From Candidatus Limnocylindria bacterium (GTDB taxonomy: Bacteria; Chloroflexota; Limnocylindria; QHBO01), in contig DASVFG010000055.1 of NCBI GenBank assembly GCA_036380155.1, positions 1-45,903 of the forward strand: 45,903 nucleotides of DNA, given 5' to 3'. Below the pieces are notes generated by a model. It worked only from the letters and a program-made list of their open reading frames with translations, was not told the DNA's origin and did no database searches. Positions 40,587 to 45,903 of this stretch are shown here, one piece after another; positions within the stretch are counted from its first letter, which is position 1; each line of letters starts with the position of its first letter. The translations under genes and the position numbers were made by a program.

Positions 40587-42578
40587 ATGACAGCCGCCAC
40601 ACCCCGCGCACTCGTCAACGCCCAGGTCGCCCTCGAAGGCTTCAGCCTCGCTGCCGATGGCTCCGTCGTCGCCTACGGGCTTCGACGCGTCCGGGACGGC
40701 GAGTACGAGTCGCAGCTCTGGCTGCGGCCCGCGCGCGGCGGTCGCGCTCGGCAGCTCACTCGCGGCCGGGTACGCGACACGGCGCCGGCGATCGCGCCGG
40801 ATGGACGCCACCTCGCCTTCCTGCGGACGCCGGTCGGATCGGCCGAAGCGGTCGCGCAGGCCTGGGTGCTGCCGCTCGACGGCGGCGAGCCGTGGCCGCT
40901 CACGTCGCTCGCGCACGGCGTCTCGGGGATCGCCTGGAGCCCCGCTGGCGATCGGCTGGCGCTCCTCGCGGCCGGCGGCGACCACCGGTTCATCGTCGGC
41001 GACGACCGCCCGGGCCGGACACCCATCGCGCGGCGCCTGACGCGGCTCGACTTCCGGGACGACGAGAGCGGCCACGTCGGACGCCGCACCCATCTCTGGC
41101 TCCTGCCATTCCGGCGCGGTGCCGTTCCGCGGCAGCTCACACAGGGCGACTTCGACGTCCTCCAGCCGGCGTGGGCGCCGGATGGGCGGCGCATCGCATT
41201 CGCGGCCGACCGCGGGCCGGACACCACGATCGCTCCGCGCCTCCAGCTCTGGACGGTCGGCACGACCGGACGCAACCCGCGCATTCGGGAGCTCGTCAGC
41301 CTGGCCGGCGACGCGGAGCACCCCTCGTTCTCGCCCGATGGCCGGCGCCTGGCCTTCATCGGCACCGATGTCGACGATCCGCCCGACGAGCTTCCGCCCT
41401 CGCTGTGGGTCATGGACCTCCCCGACGGCACGCCGCGGGATCTCACCGGGCATCTCGAGCGACCGGTCGGTGACTGGGCATGGTGCGACCTCATGACGGC
41501 CGATGCCGTGCCCGGCCCGGCCTGGATCGACGACGACCGGATCGCGGTCGTGATCGGCGTGCAGGGACGCAACCTGCCGTACCAGGTGACGATCGCGGCC
41601 GGAGCCTCCGACGTGCTGCCGATGATCGACCCCGACCTGCCGTTCGTGGCGCCGGCCATCGCGGTCGGCGGCGACACCGTGGTCGTCGCGGCGGCCGAAG
41701 GTGGCAATGCCGGCGACCTGTGGCGCCTCGACGACGGACGGCCACGGCGCATCACGACCGAGGGGTCCTCGTGGCAGCGGCGGTTCCCGAAGGTCGAGCT
41801 GACCGAGCTCACGCTCGACGGACCGGCCGGTCCCGTCCAGGCATGGCTCGCCTCCCCGGCCGGCTCCGGTCGACGGCGGCGGCCGACGGTCCTCCACGTC
41901 CACGGCGGGCCGACCGGCGCGTGGGGACCCGGCGGCACGCTCGACGCGATGGCGCTCACCGCGGCCGGCTACCGGGTGCTCATGCCGAACATCCGCGGCT
42001 CGACGACGTTCGGGCTGCCGTGGGTGAAGGCCCTGAGCGGCCACTGGGGCGAGGTCGATGCCGCCGATGCGCTGGCGGCGGTGGACGGCCTCGTGGCGGC
42101 CGGCCTCGCCGACCCCGACCGCCTCGCGGTGATGGGCCTGTCGTACGGCGGGTTCCTCACCCAGTGGCTCGTGGGCGTCACGGATCGGTTCCGCGCCGCG
42201 ATCTCCGAGAACGGGGTCGCGAACCAGGTGAGCGCGTGGGGCAACTCGTACTTCGGGGTGCATTACAACCGGCGGGCGGGCCTCGGCAATCCGCTGTCCG
42301 ATGCGGGCATGCGCGCCCTCTGGCGGTCGTCGCCATTGCGGAACGCGCGGCAGGTGACGACGCCGCTGCTCATGCTCCAGGCCGAGGAGGACCGCATCTG
42401 TCCGGCTGCCGACAACGAGCAGCTTTTCACCGCCCTCCAGACGCTCGGCAAGGAGGTCGAGTACGTCCTCTACCCGGAGGAGCACCACGAGATGAAGAGC
42501 CACGGGCGACCGGACCGCCGCATCGATCGGCTCGAGCGGCACCTCGCCTGGCTGGAGCGGCATCTCCGCCGCTCCTGA
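40587..42578 (+). CDS. S9 family serine peptidase (acylaminoacyl-peptidase-like), second paralogue
   Basis: 663 aa. Propeller blades with APDGRHLAF / SPAGDRLAL / APDGRRIAF / SPDGRRLAF. Catalytic contexts VMGLSYGGFLT, LQAEEDRICP, YPEEHHEM. Start at internal ATG 40587 of the 1311-aa track ORF. Confidence 0.92.
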   Translation: MTAATPRALVNAQVALEGFSLAADGSVVAYGLRRVRDGEYESQLWLRPARGGRARQLTRGRVRDTAPAIAPDGRHLAFLRTPVGSAEAVAQAWVLPLDGGEPWPLTSLAHGVSGIAWSPAGDRLALLAAGGDHRFIVGDDRPGRTPIARRLTRLDFRDDESGHVGRRTHLWLLPFRRGAVPRQLTQGDFDVLQPAWAPDGRRIAFAADRGPDTTIAPRLQLWTVGTTGRNPRIRELVSLAGDAEHPSFSPDGRRLAFIGTDVDDPPDELPPSLWVMDLPDGTPRDLTGHLERPVGDWAWCDLMTADAVPGPAWIDDDRIAVVIGVQGRNLPYQVTIAAGASDVLPMIDPDLPFVAPAIAVGGDTVVVAAAEGGNAGDLWRLDDGRPRRITTEGSSWQRRFPKVELTELTLDGPAGPVQAWLASPAGSGRRRRPTVLHVHGGPTGAWGPGGTLDAMALTAAGYRVLMPNIRGSTTFGLPWVKALSGHWGEVDAADALAAVDGLVAAGLADPDRLAVMGLSYGGFLTQWLVGVTDRFRAAISENGVANQVSAWGNSYFGVHYNRRAGLGNPLSDAGMRALWRSSPLRNARQVTTPLLMLQAEEDRICPAADNEQLFTALQTLGKEVEYVLYPEEHHEMKSHGRPDRRIDRLERHLAWLERHLRRS

Positions 42579-42582
42579 TCGG

Positions 42583-43131
42583 TCAGGCGAGCGGTGATTT
42601 GCGGCTGAGGCGTTCGGCGAGCCCGCCGATGGTGAGCGCCAGGCCGAGCGCGATGATGCCGATGGCACCGACCAGCCGGAACGCCTCGCCACCGAACGCG
42701 GTCGCGAAGACGAGGTAGGCGACGACGCTCCCGCCGGCGATGCCCGAGCCGATCCACTTGAACGCCGGAGCATCCGCGATCCAGCCGGCCGCATACATGC
42801 CGAGCCCGAAGCTGAACGGGATCACGGTCCACAGGTAGGTCCAGGCCACCCACCGGTCGTTGAGGCTCGTGTAGAGCAGCGCCGATCCGATGCCGGCCAG
42901 CATCGCGCCCGGCAGGACCATCCCCGCCCGCAGCCGCCGGTGCTGACGCCCGACGAGGCTCGGCACGAGGAAGAAGAGCGACAGGCCGACGAGGAGGACC
43001 GGCCACCAGCGCAGCACGTCGTCGCTGATGCCCAGGCCGCGCACGAAGCCGATGAGCGGCTCGCTGGCGAGCACGAGCAGGCCGATGACGAGCAGCAGCA
43101 GGCCGGCGATCAGCTCGATGGTGCGACTCAC
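42583..43131 (-). CDS. hypothetical polytopic membrane protein
   Basis: 182 aa, 5-6 TM helices, GTG start, high GC3. No recognisable family motif. Confidence 0.7.
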   Translation of the reverse strand: MSRTIELIAGLLLLVIGLLVLASEPLIGFVRGLGISDDVLRWWPVLLVGLSLFFLVPSLVGRQHRRLRAGMVLPGAMLAGIGSALLYTSLNDRWVAWTYLWTVIPFSFGLGMYAAGWIADAPAFKWIGSGIAGGSVVAYLVFATAFGGEAFRLVGAIGIIALGLALTIGGLAERLSRKSPLA

Positions 43132-43154
43132 GCCGGCGAGTATACGGTGGCATC

Positions 43155-45485
43155 ATGCCGCGGATGCCCGCCCGTCCCGGTCCCCGGTCCCTTCTCGGCC
43201 TTCTCGGCCGGCGCGCGGCGACGACGCGCGGCAAGCTCCGCGTCCGTGGCCTCACGGCACACGTCACGATCGCCCGGGACCGATGGGGCATCCCGCACGT
43301 CGACACGGCCACCGAGCGTGACGCATGGTTCGGACTCGGCTTCTGCCACGGACAAGATCGGGCGTTTCAGCTCGAGCTCCTCGCCCGCGCCGGGCGAGGA
43401 ACGCTCTCGGAGCTGCTCGGCCGCGCGACCGTCCCGATCGATCGGCTGTCGCGCACGCTCGGGTTCCGGCGCGTCGCCGAATCGCAGCTCACCGTGCTCG
43501 ATGACGACGTGCGAGGCGGGCTCGAGGCGTACGTCGCCGGGATCAACGCCGCCGCCGACGTCACGCCGGTGCCGCACGAGCTCGTCCTCCTCCGGTCGCG
43601 TCGCCGGACGCGGTGGGAGGCGGCCGACGTCCTCGCCTTCCTCGGCCTCCAGTCGCTCGCGCTCGCCGGCAACTGGGACACCGAGCTCGCGCGCCTCGCC
43701 ATCCTCCTGGCGGACGGCCCCGATGCGCTCGCGGCGGTCGAGCCGCGGTACGGTCCATGGCTGCCGGTGACCGTGCCGGTCGGCGAGGCGGCCGGCGAGG
43801 CGCTGGGGCGGCTCGGGGAGGACATGGCCCGACTCCGTGACCTCGTCGGCGGTGGCGGGGCGTCGAATGCCTGGGCCGTGGCCGGCTCGCGCAGCGCGAC
43901 CGGTGCGCCGCTCCTCGCGAACGACCCGCACCTCGGTCCCTCCGTGCCGGCGCCGTGGTACCTCGCCCACCTGCGCACGCCGGAATGGTCGATCGCGGGC
44001 GCCTCGTTCGTGGGCGGGCCGGCATTCCCGAGCGGCCACAACGGCACCGTCGCCTGGGGCATCACCGCCGGATGCACGGACTCCGCCGACCTCTTCTGGG
44101 AGGACCCCATGGCGGACGGCAGGTCCGTGCGCGGTCCAGGAGGCCCGGAACCCCTCGAGACGAGCGAGGAACGGATCGGCGTCCGGGGTGCGGAGGACGT
44201 CGTGCTCGAGGTCCGACGCACGCCGCGCGGCCCGATCGTGACCCCCATCCTCGACGGGCTGCCGATGGCGCTATCGCTCCGTGCGACATGGCTGGAGCCG
44301 GTCCCGGTGCGCGGATTCCTCGGCGTCCAGCATGCGACCGATCTCGCCTCGTTCCGCGCCGCGTTCGCCGACTGGCCGGGGCCGGCGCTCAACGTGGTCT
44401 GCGCCGATCGGTCCGGCGCCATCGGCTGGCAGCTCGTTGGAACGCTCCCCCGCCGTGGCGCGGGCAACGGCATGCTCCCCCTCCCCGCCTGGGAAGCCGA
44501 GAACGCATGGGATGCGACCCATCTCCCGTACGCCGACCTGCCGTTCGTCATCGACCCGCCGACGGGCTTCGTCGCCTCTGCCAACCACGCGGCCCGCGCC
44601 GACACGCCGGATGCCCCGTTCCTCGGCGCCGACTGGCTCGATGGCTACCGCGCCGCTCGGATCGTCGAGGCGCTCGGCCAGCGCTCCGACTGGGACGTCG
44701 CCGGCATGGCCGCCCTCCAGGTCGACCTCACCGCCATGCCCTGGCCAGAGTTCCGGCCCCTCGTCCTCGCCTCGGAGCCGACCGATGCCGACGCGCGCCT
44801 TGCCTTCGAGCTCCTGCGCGGCTGGGACGGCGTCGTCTCTCCCCGCTCGGCGGCCGCGGCCGTCTACGAGCTGGGCGTCGCCGAGCTGGCCGCACGCCTC
44901 GCCCGGGAGGTCGCGCCGCGATCCTGGCGATGGGCCGTCGGCGCCGGCGTCGGCGAGGCCATCCCGCGCACCTCGTTCGGGGCGCGGATCGTCAGCCACC
45001 TCGTCGCGGTGCTGCGCGCGGCTCCGACGCCGCGGACCGCGGAGATCGAGGCCGCGTTCGGCTCGGCCATTCGCGCCCTGCGCGCGCGCGCCGGCGACGA
45101 CCCGCGCGGCTGGGCATGGGGCGCGGTGCGTCCGCTTCGTCTCCTGCACCCGCTCGCGTCGCAGGCGCCGCTCGACCGTCTCTTCAACCTCGGCCCGGTG
45201 CCGCACGGCGGCGACACGAACACCGTCGCGCAGGCCGGGGTGCTCCCGCTCGACCCGCTCGCCAACCCGGCCGCCATCCCGAACCACCGGACGGTCATCG
45301 ACCTCGGCGACCCGGAGCGCAGCCGCTACGTCATCGCCGGCGGCCAGTCCGGGAATCCGCGGTCACCGCACTACGACGACCTCTTCGCCCGGTGGATCGA
45401 CAACGACGGCGTCCCCATCGCCTGGTCGGCTGATGCGGTCCGCGCCGCCACCGTCGCGCTCCTCGAGCTGCGCCCGCGCCCCTGA
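43155..45485 (+). CDS. penicillin acylase family Ntn-hydrolase (penicillin amidase / AHL-acylase-like)
   Basis: 776 aa. RDRWGIPHV...DAWFGLGFCHGQDRAFQLE in the alpha chain. Nucleophile context GGGGASNAWAVAG, then LLANDPHL in the beta chain. Confidence 0.9.
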   Translation: MPRMPARPGPRSLLGLLGRRAATTRGKLRVRGLTAHVTIARDRWGIPHVDTATERDAWFGLGFCHGQDRAFQLELLARAGRGTLSELLGRATVPIDRLSRTLGFRRVAESQLTVLDDDVRGGLEAYVAGINAAADVTPVPHELVLLRSRRRTRWEAADVLAFLGLQSLALAGNWDTELARLAILLADGPDALAAVEPRYGPWLPVTVPVGEAAGEALGRLGEDMARLRDLVGGGGASNAWAVAGSRSATGAPLLANDPHLGPSVPAPWYLAHLRTPEWSIAGASFVGGPAFPSGHNGTVAWGITAGCTDSADLFWEDPMADGRSVRGPGGPEPLETSEERIGVRGAEDVVLEVRRTPRGPIVTPILDGLPMALSLRATWLEPVPVRGFLGVQHATDLASFRAAFADWPGPALNVVCADRSGAIGWQLVGTLPRRGAGNGMLPLPAWEAENAWDATHLPYADLPFVIDPPTGFVASANHAARADTPDAPFLGADWLDGYRAARIVEALGQRSDWDVAGMAALQVDLTAMPWPEFRPLVLASEPTDADARLAFELLRGWDGVVSPRSAAAAVYELGVAELAARLAREVAPRSWRWAVGAGVGEAIPRTSFGARIVSHLVAVLRAAPTPRTAEIEAAFGSAIRALRARAGDDPRGWAWGAVRPLRLLHPLASQAPLDRLFNLGPVPHGGDTNTVAQAGVLPLDPLANPAAIPNHRTVIDLGDPERSRYVIAGGQSGNPRSPHYDDLFARWIDNDGVPIAWSADAVRAATVALLELRPRP

Positions 45486-45533
45486 AGCGCTGGATACGCC
45501 GCCGGTAAGGCGACCGCTGTCACGCTGCGCGTC

Positions 45534-45903
45534 ATGGACGACCGTCGGCTCGGCAGGGCGGTACGAGCGCGCCGGCACCAGCGCGGGTGGCGGCTCGTCG
45601 ACCTCGCGTTGGCGGCGGGGGTCGGCGCAGGCGTCTGCGGGCTCCTCGAACGCGGGCACGTGAATCGGCTGAGCGTGCGGACGGCCCGCGCAATCCTTGG
45701 TGCGCTCGACCTGCCGCTGGGCTGGGATCTCGGTTGGCATCGGACCGACATCGACCGCCTCCTCGACGAGGACCACGCAGCCCTGGCCGCGTCCTTCGCC
45801 CGGTGGCTCGTATCGGCCGGCTGGCTCGTTCGGAGCGAGGTGAGCTTCAACCGCTACGGAGATCGCGGCCGCATCGACATCCTCGCCTTCGAGCCCCGAT
45901 CGC
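45534..45903 (+). CDS. HTH (XRE-like) + PD-(D/E)XK-like nuclease-fold protein; 3' end runs off the window
   Basis: My translation from ATG 45534: MDDRRLGRAVRARRHQRGWRLVDLALAAGVGAGVCGLLERGHVNRLSVRTARAILGALDLP...WLVRSEVSFNRYGDRGRIDILAFEPRS. Open to the window end with high GC3. E...GDRGRIDILA resembles the YraN/endonuclease-type core. Confidence 0.6.
   Translation, partial: MDDRRLGRAVRARRHQRGWRLVDLALAAGVGAGVCGLLERGHVNRLSVRTARAILGALDLPLGWDLGWHRTDIDRLLDEDHAALAASFARWLVSAGWLVRSEVSFNRYGDRGRIDILAFEPRS

Noticed and set aside
38643-42794. Two giant mirror-image ORFs (1311 aa on plus, 1358 aa on minus) covering the same ~4 kb, which might suggest a huge novel protein or dual coding.
   Set aside because: Only the C-terminal 663 aa of the plus ORF (S9 peptidase) and the C-terminal 570 aa of the minus ORF (SBP lipoprotein) have family motifs, sensible starts and promoter/RBS context. 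The remaining parts are Arg/Pro/Gly/Asp-rich antisense translations of real genes, typical of stop-codon-poor high-GC DNA.
1-45903. Searched for mobile elements, integrases, transposases, phage genes, toxin-antitoxin pairs, known defence systems, CRISPR arrays, rRNA and tRNA.
   Set aside because: None could be supported. GC content and codon bias look uniform apart from short AT-richer promoter spacers. The NERD, PHP and HTH-nuclease genes are isolated, not arranged as recognisable defence operons.

Overview
High-GC (roughly 70% by eye) chromosomal segment from a Gram-positive-like bacterium (Actinomycetota-like; a Chloroflexota-type lineage cannot be excluded). I support 44 protein-coding genes, tightly packed and often coupled by ATGA, GTGA or TTGA start/stop overlaps. 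I found no rRNA, tRNA, CRISPR array, transposase, integrase or prophage signature. Most six-frame ORFs in the track are antisense or out-of-frame artefacts of the GC content; real genes were chosen by recognisable motifs, start context and operon logic. Left to right: a butyryl-CoA oxidation operon (fadD-like, acyl-CoA dehydrogenase, hbd); a folE-vanZ-B12 mutase small subunit-meaB operon; a NERD protein; a head-to-head PAP2 phosphatase and large GT-C-like membrane protein; an OpuC-type compatible-solute ABC operon; a run of secreted/membrane hypotheticals (DUF1684, zinc-ribbon protein, RlpA-like, TPM-DUF2207); an RG-rich/RHH/HARE-HTH protein; a phosphotriesterase-like/PolX-derived PHP/dodecin operon; a GDH-family protein; an acyl-ACP desaturase; an S9 peptidase; the large B12 mutase subunit; a 5'-3' exonuclease; a SpoIID-like protein; an MFS-ornithine cyclodeaminase operon; an MshC-like cysteine ligase; a peptide ABC importer with a fused permease-ATPase; a second S9 peptidase; a penicillin-acylase-family hydrolase; and a truncated HTH/PD-(D/E)XK-like gene at the right edge. 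No single obvious novel multi-gene system stands out. The most notable observations are: (1) the GDH-family protein matches the family signature except that the catalytic lysine is Ala and the glutamate-specificity residues are changed; (2) the split acyl-CoA mutase has isobutyryl-CoA-mutase-type (Phe/Gln) substrate residues, and its subunits lie about 20 kb apart; (3) a 14-nt motif containing the 10-bp palindrome ATCGGCCGAT recurs at the same distance upstream of two unrelated promoters; (4) about 15 transcription-unit-initial genes have a TANNNT-like -10 box 6-11 nt before the start codon and no Shine-Dalgarno, suggesting leaderless mRNAs.
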